From: a virus
DNA: 64,000 nt
IMG/VR virus record: IMGVR_UViG_3300034022_001261
Reading direction: 5' to 3' (one strand)
How positions within the stretch are numbered: position 1 is the stretch's first letter; every line of letters starts with the position of its first letter. A model generated the notes under the pieces. That model worked only from the letters and a program-made list of their open reading frames with translations, did not search any database and was not told where the DNA came from. This document shows positions 47,801 through 57,917 of this stretch, in pieces. Position numbers and translations under genes: made by a program.

Positions 47801-50441
47801 AACCGCCGAACAACTAGAGGCCACTAGAGTCAGTGTCGTAGATAAGAACAACTATAAAGATAAAGATATATGGGATTACGTCAATGCAGCGTCAAAGGTG
47901 AGAACCGCAAAAGCAGATATATTATCTGGCAATAATGTTACAATGATTAATTTTACTGGATCATCAAAAGCATCTGAAAAAATAAAGATGTGGGTAAGCA
48001 TTCGTCTTCGTAATGATGCAGTTTTAGAAAAAGTAACTACAGTGAATATACTGCCTATATCACCATGGCCTTCCGCTACATCCTACAAGGGAATAAGAGT
48101 GTTTGATTGGACTACAACAGACACGCCAAGTAGGACTCCATCTCCTGTCAACAACAAGACTCAAGGGTATCAAAAAGATGGAACAATAACAATTACTTTA
48201 GATTCATCTAGTTACAAGGGCAAGTGGCTGAATATACTTTTAGAGGGGTCCATATTGGGCGGCAATAAGTTTGGACCTAAAGCAGCAGGATTAGCATTTA
48301 GTCAAATAAATGTAAACTACAAATATTTAGATATTCAAAACCCAAATACTCCAGCGGTCTTAGAAGAGTGGAATAACGATGGAGTTGAGGCAACTTATTA
48401 CTATTGGTTAAATCACATTGATAGAGTTAGGGTTGAAGGAATAGTAGAAGTCACCCACGATCTAAATAACATATCCTTTAATCCTATATCAACAGATATC
48501 ACTCTGCAGTATCTAAAAAATAATGGAATATTAAAATCTATAATGGTTCATGAACAAGTAGGAGATAGATTGTTTGCTACTAACCCAGCATTCAATCGTA
48601 GTGGATCAGATTCACCTTTAAATAATTCTTCCTTTAAACCAGATTTGTCTAGAAATGAAATAGTAGATATAGCTAACCCTAAGAGTATAACCAGAATTAA
48701 CTCCTCTTCTCTAGTGGCAGGATCAGTCAGGGAGTCTGGAACTTCCATATTATCAAATGACAACTTCATTAATGTCAGCAGTAGCTCTTCAATGAACGCT
48801 GCTGGAGAAACTATTTTAAGTATTAGTGCAAATAGTAAAGTTTCTAGTTACACCGCAGCTACAACCTACAATAGAACTACACCTATATCTGGATACAGTT
48901 TAAAGAAGGTTATAAATAACCAAATAATTAATGGGAAAAATCACACCAATTACTATGACGGGATTATGTTATTGACCAATAGTAATGGAACACCATTTTT
49001 CCCGTTGAATCTCTCACAAGTTTCTGTTACATTAGCCAACACGGAAGACTCCTACTATAGCGATATTATACTCACTAAAGTAGGTGGAGATACTCCTGGA
49101 TTAGAATATGGGTTTTATGATACAACTACTAATCAATTTATTGGCAAAAAAATAACATACCTAAGATATATGCAAAATCCTAGCAATATCTATATAGGCG
49201 TATATGCGTATGATTATGATGGAAATTTGTCCACTCTAAAAGAATTTACTAGTTCTAGCAACGGGTCTATTTATACCCCGGTTTCAATACCATTAAGAGC
49301 AGCCTATCCTGTAGTTAATGTAGTTTCTAATGATAGAAACAAAATTCAATTGTCTGGAATAAATGGAGATTTAAGTAAAACTGAACCATGGCCTTTGTCT
49401 ATTAGTTCAGGTTCTTTTCAGAAGACAATAAATATAAATGCCAACGACGCCAGAGATTGGAAAGCCTCCTATGGTGGTCAGAATTTAATAGCTTCCTATG
49501 ATACGTCTTCTATAACAAGCGTGCCATGGTCAAGAATGTTTGGAAGAGGATACTACGATATTATAGGAGAACGTCCTAAATACAATAACTCTAGAGCTAT
49601 TACATTAAGGCAAACCCCACTACACGTTATAAAAGGCTATTCTTCAGATCTAAGTGGAAAAAATGTTCCAATGAAACCAGCGCTTAAGGTATATACAAGG
49701 GTTAGTGAAACTAGTCCTTGGTTATTAATTCCTTATTCTGAGATAGTAAACTTTAATGCAAGTACCGGTTTAATTGAGTTTAAGAATCAAATTATATCAA
49801 ACAATGAAGACTTAACAAAAGTAGACTACACTATTGAATATAGTAAACTTAGCGTTAAGCAGTCGGATGGAGTTCCAATTCCTACTAACCCATTTTTGAA
49901 TAAAGATACAGTACAATTAAATAAGCCTTTATACATTTATATTCTTCCCAAAAAGGTATACAAAAGTGATAGTGTCAATAATTCAATTAGACAAGTAGAA
50001 GTTACCGAGTATCCTACTGGTCCAGTTATAAACTTTACCTATAACAATAATATATTCAATAAATTTGACCAAGTTGCGTATGACCCATTTGCCCAGCTAA
50101 TAGGAATAATATATGTAATAAATACCAACGATGATGAAAACTTTAACTTTACAGACCTAAGAGTAAAGGGTGGGGGAATCTCTGCGAACTTTGACACCAA
50201 TACTATACTTGATGATATCTCTCAAGCAGTTTCCTATTGGGACATCTACCCTCCAATGGCAGAAGCATATCCAAGAGGTGGCTATGTTATGGTTAAAATT
50301 CCATCTATAGTTAAGAAAAACTTCATTAATCCTCAAGAAGTTTATGATATAGTTAGAGATAACTTAACAGCAGGTGTTGTATTTGACCTATACGATACGG
50401 ACGGAAAGGACTGGGGATCAAGTGTTACATCATCTTCCTGA
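44892..50441 (+). CDS. Large baseplate/tail structural protein (1849 aa) with an internal peptidoglycan-binding domain
   Basis: Beta-rich. VRYIKLTMHHAGY...NGTFDASLSTEVKAFQKANDLPADGIIDSRTKEAM (~47619-47790) is a PG_binding_1 pattern. C-terminus DLRVKGGGI...YWDI...YPRGGYVMVKIP. Confidence 0.55.
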   Translation: MKKFIDKTNSLKEPAIKTGNFVPRDAVNLGWFSGREISPKNNISLVDLSGLIPENMTTSNQSDKLMYANEFGILEDANGNTLIDSDDISVSSIFLNAETLDSNYTAADMSQKAFVHSYYVSRFFTLIPSRSYTSSALTNYLEEEYIPNHIKVLDEEGKLYADPITGAKKYRISLESFVTKVNKDLESVPHRIIVLIDNPNPTNLKIVYDKVEVNQDGTWFGQYLKFEENINSVKIFSETREETETIDPSNGDMMKFSIKRNNKRSLVDGLNLNNSGNQIYINRKALDDNRVFEIFNWRLVAKISNSVNFSQVNYGQETTGNNVLQKTVKVGVLYSSNEGLDYSKVKPYVALNLQNSVFNLSGYDFENPNATSSNLNEGKYWLVDIDTVSDLSDYDVIFSAVHWRLTDSQSQKMRDFYTTNNGTLVIDASQCSANDLTALNSSLTISSASATISNPTYASATEAGSLLTDTTKNNGFSISNAEFQQDCGIHGYTRNIANEYKNYKYFTNSSVNSILSSGANKFSVLVRNIPITNNLSAGNIIASTFPIFDYCNNIYLGSNLNPTNNYGETSISLAQGSVFSDFVEGPYKFLYNCMLVAINDRIESSRSVIDVRSSVHYFTTGWNNNWVINSDVLYDEEKTQYYENINNAGVNIYARNILNSPKTYYIEEIKKIITAYQDRFFDDNENNISFYVEYTNANVQWTNTIPVTDLEKNEISSSYQIRKISNKNSKCYAYTEKVSPAFIIPSGFGPYQIRAKTVTSAVDPLSSFSNVAPQNYPFELNLSHSKISGGDNPKSFSASIKTLLKVEFEQTNSWKQEVDSNIGGNLTVSRQKTAAIARTLKVAGRAEVINPPTPGATKPLAYSAEEVQTSESADTLASSSDYNAFVYTGDIGQGNTWDEYFQGKGSGTYVRYIKLTMHHAGYNKSSPSNGTFDASLSTEVKAFQKANDLPADGIIDSRTKEAMAFIWSGKTAEQLEATRVSVVDKNNYKDKDIWDYVNAASKVRTAKADILSGNNVTMINFTGSSKASEKIKMWVSIRLRNDAVLEKVTTVNILPISPWPSATSYKGIRVFDWTTTDTPSRTPSPVNNKTQGYQKDGTITITLDSSSYKGKWLNILLEGSILGGNKFGPKAAGLAFSQINVNYKYLDIQNPNTPAVLEEWNNDGVEATYYYWLNHIDRVRVEGIVEVTHDLNNISFNPISTDITLQYLKNNGILKSIMVHEQVGDRLFATNPAFNRSGSDSPLNNSSFKPDLSRNEIVDIANPKSITRINSSSLVAGSVRESGTSILSNDNFINVSSSSSMNAAGETILSISANSKVSSYTAATTYNRTTPISGYSLKKVINNQIINGKNHTNYYDGIMLLTNSNGTPFFPLNLSQVSVTLANTEDSYYSDIILTKVGGDTPGLEYGFYDTTTNQFIGKKITYLRYMQNPSNIYIGVYAYDYDGNLSTLKEFTSSSNGSIYTPVSIPLRAAYPVVNVVSNDRNKIQLSGINGDLSKTEPWPLSISSGSFQKTININANDARDWKASYGGQNLIASYDTSSITSVPWSRMFGRGYYDIIGERPKYNNSRAITLRQTPLHVIKGYSSDLSGKNVPMKPALKVYTRVSETSPWLLIPYSEIVNFNASTGLIEFKNQIISNNEDLTKVDYTIEYSKLSVKQSDGVPIPTNPFLNKDTVQLNKPLYIYILPKKVYKSDSVNNSIRQVEVTEYPTGPVINFTYNNNIFNKFDQVAYDPFAQLIGIIYVINTNDDENFNFTDLRVKGGGISANFDTNTILDDISQAVSYWDIYPPMAEAYPRGGYVMVKIPSIVKKNFINPQEVYDIVRDNLTAGVVFDLYDTDGKDWGSSVTSSS

Positions 50442-53025
50442 TACAATACAAACTTTTTCTAATAGCAGTAAAAAAACTGTTAGTTCTTTAATCCAAAATA
50501 TTAAAGCAGATAAAACTCAAATCGCTAACCTAATTGAGAATATAAAAACTTTTGATACAACTGCTAATTATACGCCAGCTTTAGCCTTAAGATATTCTCC
50601 AATGAATTTAGAAGCTATAATAGAATTTTTTAGAGATTCCTCATTAAGAGTTGGACAATTCTTTTCTGCATCTTCCTCTATATCAAACGTTGCTAATTCA
50701 ATGGTTTCTATTTTTTCCTCTGAAATACAAAAAATAGAAAATGATATAAAAATATTAGAAACATTTATAAATAATTATCAATACATATCTGGAGAAGATG
50801 ATTTATTTAACTTCAATTATGTAGAAAATTTTGATAATGATTTAAATTCTTATAAACAAGATTCAAGTAATATAGTGCTATATGATAGAGATGGATCGAC
50901 ATTTGCTCAAAATGGTAATTACAAAATAGATAATACAATAAATAAAATGAGTATTGACAATGGGATTTCTTTTGTTAACATGATAAACAATATTTCTAAT
51001 ATTAACTATACTAGCAATTATTCAAATTTCACAACTACAGACAGTGGATTTAGCCCAGTCATAAACGAGAGCCCATTAAGAGATTGGACCGTGACTGTCA
51101 AGTCCCCATATGTAATAACTTCAAAGCTGCCATCATTATCCCGTTATTTAAGCTATGACTATTCTTACATAACTGGAGCACAATCTCAGGTAGTTATGAC
51201 GCTTATCAATGCCACAGAGATGGATCTTATAAGGATAAGTCCATCTGATACGGAAGAAATGCAGCTGCTTCAGGTCATAGTGGAATCCACTAATCCAACA
51301 GCATCAACTCAAACTGGTTCCGTAAGTGGAAGTATAATTGAAACACCTGTTTTGGATTCACCTTTATTAATTAATAAAACAGTAGATATATTATTCCCTA
51401 AATGTAGAGTAAATAAAATAACCTTTATATTTAACCAACCTAAATATATTAGATCTGATAATATAGCTAACGTCCACGAAACAAATTCTAAATATATTCA
51501 TTCAGTAGTAAAAGGTATAAGAGATTCAAAGTCTTTAAACGCTAGTAAAATGCAGGACCTAGTGTACTTTTATTTCAAAAACAGTACTTCAATACTTAAT
51601 TCTAGAAAAAACAAAAAGCAATATGAAGAAGTTTATTCATATAGATATCCATCTAATAAAGAGGTAAACCCAGATTCTGTATTTGATAATCTTGTAAAAT
51701 TTGGAGAAAAAAGAAAAGAAGATTTTGTAAATAGTGGTAATAATAATATTATTTCAAATATAGTTCAAACAATAGTTCAATATTCTATAGACGCTAGATC
51801 TAATTTATTTAATAATAATATATACAAACCAAATAGATCAGATGACTTTTCTAATCAAAGCAGAGGCATGATGTCGGATGGAATAGTCCCATTGAAAAAC
51901 GACAGAGAAAATTATGAATTTATTTTTCAAAAAGAAGATCCTGAAATTCCAGGAATAACTAGTTATGATTTAACAAGTTATTTAAATTCAAAAGAAATAA
52001 CAAGTTCTTATGAATATACTTTTTCTATTAAAAATATTTCCTTTGGTGTCTCTACTAGTTCAATTTCCAACAAAGCTTGTTACATATCTAAAAAAATTGA
52101 AACTGATGGCTCACCTTTAGGGCTAAAGGGTATTGTCAACATCATTAAAGAAAGACAAAACTTAAGCTATAATGGATATGATTTAATTGAGCCAGGTTCT
52201 GCAGAGCTTAGTATCTGTCTGCAGGAAAATGTATTATCAGAATCTTCGTGGATTCCAATTAATCACAGCTTATCTAATTCTATAGATTCTGAAGTTTTGT
52301 TTTTTAACAACTTAAAGCAGGCTACTCTGAGATTCCTCCCATTGCCTGCAACTATAAGAGTTTACAAAAATGGCATCTTGGAAAATCCAAATAATTGGAC
52401 CTATCAAAATAATAAAATTACGATGATAAATTCAATAGAGGCTTTATCTATATATGTAGCGCAATATAACTTAGACACATCAGATTATAATCAGTCATTA
52501 TTGGATATAGATGCACTTTTAGACGGTCAGAATGTGATTAGGTCTTACGTTAAAAATGGATCTCAAGGACAAGTATTCCAAGCTACTGGTGGAGGAAATA
52601 GAGTTCAGCTAGATTACACTCCTTTTATAGAAGATAAATTTTCAACGGCCACTTACAGTAGTGATTATGGTACGATTAACTCTTTTGAAAATATTGGCTA
52701 TTCTCCTATTACAGTAACTTTATCAGATGGAACTTTAGCTATTAATTTAACAAATTATTTAAGTAACAACTTTGAAAAAGCAACATTTTATTCTACAAAT
52801 CAAGTTTTATTTTTTCAAAATGGAAAACAACTAATCTTTAATAAAAACATTACAACTCCATTGAAAGTTAATTACTCGTATATTCCTCCTAGCGTAAGGT
52901 TTAGGGTTATCATTAGGAATAACATTCCGGAGTTAACCAATGGAATATCAGTAGATAATGTTATAATTAAATGTAAGGTAAATAACTTGGACCCATTATC
53001 ACAGAAATTATTAAGGTTAAATTAA
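50422..53025 (+). CDS. Baseplate/tail structural protein, paralog family member 1 (likely GTG start at 50422)
   Basis: The track starts at 50374, but GTG 50422 follows AAGGA/GGGG and overlaps the previous gene by only 20 nt. N-terminal coiled coil, then FNYVENFDN, beta-sandwich regions and a C-terminal SVRFRVIIR...VDNVIIKCK. Confidence 0.55.
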   Translation: MLHHLPDTIQTFSNSSKKTVSSLIQNIKADKTQIANLIENIKTFDTTANYTPALALRYSPMNLEAIIEFFRDSSLRVGQFFSASSSISNVANSMVSIFSSEIQKIENDIKILETFINNYQYISGEDDLFNFNYVENFDNDLNSYKQDSSNIVLYDRDGSTFAQNGNYKIDNTINKMSIDNGISFVNMINNISNINYTSNYSNFTTTDSGFSPVINESPLRDWTVTVKSPYVITSKLPSLSRYLSYDYSYITGAQSQVVMTLINATEMDLIRISPSDTEEMQLLQVIVESTNPTASTQTGSVSGSIIETPVLDSPLLINKTVDILFPKCRVNKITFIFNQPKYIRSDNIANVHETNSKYIHSVVKGIRDSKSLNASKMQDLVYFYFKNSTSILNSRKNKKQYEEVYSYRYPSNKEVNPDSVFDNLVKFGEKRKEDFVNSGNNNIISNIVQTIVQYSIDARSNLFNNNIYKPNRSDDFSNQSRGMMSDGIVPLKNDRENYEFIFQKEDPEIPGITSYDLTSYLNSKEITSSYEYTFSIKNISFGVSTSSISNKACYISKKIETDGSPLGLKGIVNIIKERQNLSYNGYDLIEPGSAELSICLQENVLSESSWIPINHSLSNSIDSEVLFFNNLKQATLRFLPLPATIRVYKNGILENPNNWTYQNNKITMINSIEALSIYVAQYNLDTSDYNQSLLDIDALLDGQNVIRSYVKNGSQGQVFQATGGGNRVQLDYTPFIEDKFSTATYSSDYGTINSFENIGYSPITVTLSDGTLAINLTNYLSNNFEKATFYSTNQVLFFQNGKQLIFNKNITTPLKVNYSYIPPSVRFRVIIRNNIPELTNGISVDNVIIKCKVNNLDPLSQKLLRLN

Positions 53026-53026
53026 T

Positions 53027-55343
53027 ATGACTCAATTATCTCCAAATACAGTAGCATATGATCAAATATATACAATCTTAACTAGATTCATAGATCAGGA
53101 AAGAACGAATCAATTCTCTAATAACAAAGAGTTCGCAGCTGAGTATCAAAGTATATTAAACTTTCTCAATACAAACTTAAGCCGGTCCTCTAAGCCAGTT
53201 TGATCCGTACATTAAGGGCGAGCCCCCAGTATCTGCTAAGTTTAATACCTATACAAGGAACTATTCAGACGACTTAAATATTATCGCTAAACAATTAGAT
53301 TATTTATCTGCAAAAGCTATTAGCAATTTTAATATGTTTACTTCTGAAGTAGAACAAGAAAATTCTTTCTTAAACAGAATAAAGAATAAAATAAAAGTTT
53401 TACAGATGTATTCAAGTAGCCCTGCAAGTGACCTATTCTACGTAGGAAGTTCTTTCGACAACGCCGACTACATAGATTATTCTAAAATACAAAGCACTGA
53501 CATCTTGCCAACGATAGACAATGGCCAAATGACATTATCTAAGGTTACGACTAGTGCGTGGACGCCACAAAGAGTTTTTATTGAAGAAGCTTCTTCAAAT
53601 GGCATAGCTGGAAACAATCATTCCGTCTACGCTTCTGCAGAGGATAGTCCACCTTATAGGTATTTCTTCCAAGATTCACCAACATCTAGAAACGTAAATA
53701 ACATCATAGATAATAACCCCTTAACATTTTTTGAATATGAACAAATGAATATATTGGCAACAAGAAAGCCAGTAGGCAATCAGAATTTTGAGTTCCAGTA
53801 CAGAAAAAATGAAGAAGACCAGTACTACGATTGGTCTACTTTTACTAGCGATGATCTTAGACTTGTAACTGTTTTAGAAAATGATGATGAACAAAAAGCT
53901 AACTTTGTTACCATAGTTCCTTATTTTGGCAGTAACAATAGTATTACTAAAGATATTAGAATAGAAAAAATTGAAGTTAAAAATAATTTAAATGAAGTTG
54001 AGAATGTTCTTATTGAACCAATCCATATAAGTTCAGGTTTAATACCAAGTTCTTTAGATTCTGCAAAGAAATTTTTCTATAAGGAAGCTAATATTAAGTT
54101 CACTGAAAGAAAAGTTAAATCTATTAAAATATTTTTCAAACAGCTTAATTACAATGAAGCAAAAATCAAGCATATGTTTTTTGAACCAGTTAAAAGTAAG
54201 ACTAGAACAGGTGGACTTATTGTTCCGGAAAACATAGAGTCTAATCCATTTTTTAATCAAACTAGATTTAACCCAAATGATCCAACTATTGCACCGTCAT
54301 TGGGATATCCGAATATATCATGGTCACAAAAGATTTGGAACCGAGCACAAATAATGCCCTCCTACAATCAGCCTAATGTATTTAAGGCTGAAACAAGTAA
54401 TACTCTTGATTTTACCATTAATCTTAGAAGGAACATACCAGTTAAGACTGGTTGGTCAGCCAGAGCTACTGGGGCTGATGGAAAAACTTATTATTTGACC
54501 AATCTATTTTTGCAAAGGTTTGATTACGACTCCGCTGCTACTCCTAACTATTTTTTAACTGGTTTAAGTGGGATAACTAATACTGGAACAAATCCAACGT
54601 ATGCTGGTTACATTACAGAAACTAAACCCAATGGAAACCTAGGGGGATTTGATGGCTGGATAGGTAACGCCACAACAGTAATCAGTGGAGTAACAGTGAG
54701 TGAATCTCAGGCAACTGCTACGGCGATTGTTGCTTGGTTTAATACCACAACTCAGGGATTTACTAAGCAGCAGAAGTATGATGTATTTAAACTTAGAGTA
54801 GACAGCATCACGGCTGAGTCTATAAATACAGATGAAACTAAAGTACAATCAAAATCATACACAGTACCCTTGGAGAGAAAGTATGACATTATCGATGGCC
54901 AAAGAAAATCAATCTCATTAAGAGATATCACAGTTGGATACGAAGAGTTCTCTGATAAAGCACAAATAGTATCAAAGCAATTTGATTTTAGTTCTCCAAT
55001 AGAGTATTTGACATTGTCCGCTGAAACTAGTTTATCTGGAGAACTTTCTCCTAATGTAAATTCAGAGTACATAAAGTACTATATATCCTTAGACGCTGGG
55101 TCTAGCTGGATAAGAGTTTCCGCAATAGAAAGCCCATTGTCTCAAGTCGGTGAGGTTCTAGCCTTTAACCAAAATGTAGACAACACATTCAAGATCCCAG
55201 GAGTAGAATATTACAATGCTCCCACAGTGCCAGAAAATCCAAAAAGTTTAATTGTAAAAATAGATTTAGAAAAACCTTCTGGAGAAAATATATCCCCGAT
55301 ACTTTATTCATATAAAGTTGGGGTTAAAGTGAGGAATTCATGA
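53027..55343 (+). CDS. Baseplate/tail structural protein, paralog family member 2, ~771 aa, apparent +1 frameshift at 53183
   Basis: ATG 53027 lies one base after the previous stop. MTQLSPNTV...NTNLS then CGG 53183-53185; skipping C53183 gives GPLSQFDPYIKGEPPVSAKFN..., continuous with track ORF 53334-55343. C-terminus SLIVKIDL...SPILYSYKVGVK. Confidence 0.6.
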
Positions 55344-57514
55344 CAATTTCTAAAATACAAAAAAAGAAATTTTTAGATAATATTTATAAACTAATGTATT
55401 CTACTGGTACATCTGCAACAAACAAAGTAGTAAGACAGCCTTCAGAATTAGAAGTAAAAAAAGAATTTGATCAATACTTTTCGCAGAATAGAATAGGGCT
55501 TCCTCTACGTAATGACATTAATCTTCTAAGGAATACAGAAACAACTAACCCAGATCTAATGAATATTTTTATGGCTAGATCAATACTTAATCTAGAAGTT
55601 TTATATGACTCCATACACGAAAACGGCGAAGACATGATGAGTGTTGTCACTGTTCTGGGGAAAAGATTGAACTCCTTAAGGGATAAAAGGGTAGCTTTAG
55701 AAAAAAAATTAGACGAAATATTATTTGCGAACTCAAATACTGACGGATATTTCTATTCCTTTAGCGATAGTTTTGCGAACCTATCTAATGTAGATTTAAA
55801 TTTATCAACTTGCTTTATTGATACTGAGCATAGAAACGCTAAGCTCCCGACTCTAAAAACTAATGCGTTAGACTTTAGAGCTCCCGGTAGAGTAAATCTA
55901 AATAATATTAAATACGATATGATATTCAATGGTAATACCGCAGCAACTCAAACGCTATTACCCAATGCAAATAATATCTTTGATGGGCTAAACGATACGC
56001 TATCTACGGTTACTCACACATCTAGCACATTGGGTGCTTGCGCCATGGTCCTGACTATCCCCTTGAATACTCCATTTGTAGTATCTAGTATAGATGGAAA
56101 ATTAAATACAAGTTCTGCTATTGTAACTATAGCTGAAATAATTGGGACTAATACCACTGAAGAAGTTCAGTATAGGAGAAAGCAATCTAACAGTGATTAT
56201 GATAAGTTTTCCTTTAATTTTATTCCTCAACAATCTGGAACAATAAGAATTACTTTAATAAAATATGAGCCAGATATAACCTTTAATGATAGGACTATAG
56301 ACAAGTATCATTATAAATTTGATATAAAAGATTTGATTATAAGTGGGCAATATTATGACAAAGAAGGAATGTTAATTTCGTCCCCAATAACAATAGATTC
56401 TGGAAATGAAAATAAAATAATAGACGCAGTTAGTATAGAAGCAGCTAACGCCAATCCTTCCATTGGGCAAATAAATTATTTTGTTGCACAGAACATACCT
56501 AATGCAGTTAATGTTTCAGACTTTAATTGGATACCAATCTCATCAAGTTCTTCGGGATTGGGTGTTGACCAAGTTGTATCTTTTAGTAAATCAATAAAAT
56601 ATTTTAAAAACATAAGTTCTTATCCTACCCCCGGAAATATATTTTTAAATCCAATAATTGATACTGGAGCTCTTACGGAAATTAATCCATCAAGTTCTAT
56701 TTATAGAGGAGTTCCAGTCTATAGAGTTGGCACTATTGCAGAATCGGACACCCCATACAATCCTTATTTATTAGATAGCGTAAATAGAATCAGCTTTAAA
56801 TATACCTCTTACTCACAAGGTCTATATGGGGACTTGGCTCAATGGTCAAGTTTGGTCAACGCTACCTCTTCAACTAATCAAGTTTTTGATATGGGAAGTT
56901 TAGCTATAACAAATGTTCCATCTATACCGATCTCTTTAAACCTAAATGAAATTAGTGGCTTTATGCAGACAAATCTATTGGTAGACAAGGCAACTCAGGT
57001 AAATCATGTAGTGTCAAAATCTGGAGGAGCAATAGATTGGGATGTTGCAGTTTACTTAAATGGAGTTAAAATAGCAGACATTCCAGCTGGTCAAGTATCT
57101 CCCACCCAAAATACTACTTGGAACTTAATTGAAGGAATAAATAGAATAACCATAACGTTTGATGCATTAGAAAATGCTTCGGGCACAATATCTTTAATGG
57201 ATGGTGTCTCAATAACAAATTATGGAACTCCATTCTTAAGCTACTATTCTTACGTAGATCCTTTTGACTTTAGGACAAATAGATCTATTGAAGATCCTGT
57301 ATTTACCATAGATAAATATCTTGGAAACAAAGAGATTTTATGTAGAAAACAAATAAAAGATAATTCTAGATTAGTTTATTATTCCAATAATAATAATCCA
57401 GTTGAATCAATTAGATTTAGGGCTGACTTTACTAGGCCAAATAACCCATTCGGCACTCCTGTGTTAAATGGATATAGGGTAAAATTTAAAAATGGATACG
57501 ATGAACTGAGTTAG
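55340..57514 (+). CDS. Baseplate/tail structural protein, paralog family member 3
   Basis: ATGA overlap with the previous gene. Coiled coil, then FYSFSDSFANLSNVD, NNIFDGLNDT and a C-terminal SIRFRADF...TPVLNGYRVKFK. Confidence 0.55.
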   Translation: MTISKIQKKKFLDNIYKLMYSTGTSATNKVVRQPSELEVKKEFDQYFSQNRIGLPLRNDINLLRNTETTNPDLMNIFMARSILNLEVLYDSIHENGEDMMSVVTVLGKRLNSLRDKRVALEKKLDEILFANSNTDGYFYSFSDSFANLSNVDLNLSTCFIDTEHRNAKLPTLKTNALDFRAPGRVNLNNIKYDMIFNGNTAATQTLLPNANNIFDGLNDTLSTVTHTSSTLGACAMVLTIPLNTPFVVSSIDGKLNTSSAIVTIAEIIGTNTTEEVQYRRKQSNSDYDKFSFNFIPQQSGTIRITLIKYEPDITFNDRTIDKYHYKFDIKDLIISGQYYDKEGMLISSPITIDSGNENKIIDAVSIEAANANPSIGQINYFVAQNIPNAVNVSDFNWIPISSSSSGLGVDQVVSFSKSIKYFKNISSYPTPGNIFLNPIIDTGALTEINPSSSIYRGVPVYRVGTIAESDTPYNPYLLDSVNRISFKYTSYSQGLYGDLAQWSSLVNATSSTNQVFDMGSLAITNVPSIPISLNLNEISGFMQTNLLVDKATQVNHVVSKSGGAIDWDVAVYLNGVKIADIPAGQVSPTQNTTWNLIEGINRITITFDALENASGTISLMDGVSITNYGTPFLSYYSYVDPFDFRTNRSIEDPVFTIDKYLGNKEILCRKQIKDNSRLVYYSNNNNPVESIRFRADFTRPNNPFGTPVLNGYRVKFKNGYDELS

Positions 57515-57516
57515 CC

Positions 57517-57909
57517 ATGGCAAGAAGTTATATAGAAATTAAAAGAATAATACAACCTCTTTACGAAAGATATAGAAATACCTATAGGGGTCCTAGGTCT
57601 TCTGAAAAAGAAAACTTAGAGATGAATAAAATATACATTGACCTAAAAAGGTTAGATGAAAAAATAGATTATTTAAATAATAAAGTTTATCAAGACGTAA
57701 GAATCATAGTAGGGCAAGTTGATCCAGAGACATACTCTATTCATACTCCGTATGAAGATGGTTCCTATTATCTTTTTGACGATTTGCAGTTTGAGTATTT
57801 TGGGGATTCAGCAACTCCAAATTATTTGCAAATAGATACTACTTTGACTATTAGTTCCAAAATGTCAAAGATGCTGCACAAGATTAAAAGATTAGAAAAA
57901 GGACAATAG
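57517..57909 (+). CDS. Hypothetical virion protein (130 aa), N-terminus similar to 57918-59171
   Basis: YRGPRSSEKENLEMNKIYIDLKRL versus YNGPLNSDDHNARIEENYKDLVYL in the next ORF. Confidence 0.55.
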   Translation: MARSYIEIKRIIQPLYERYRNTYRGPRSSEKENLEMNKIYIDLKRLDEKIDYLNNKVYQDVRIIVGQVDPETYSIHTPYEDGSYYLFDDLQFEYFGDSATPNYLQIDTTLTISSKMSKMLHKIKRLEKGQ

Positions 57910-57917
57910 GTAGTTAA

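Noticed and set aside
50374-50441. Possible fifth frameshift joining 44892-50441 to the next ORF
   Set aside because: No CGG site. A GTG start at 50422 with an SD-like sequence explains the overlap as two ordinary genes.
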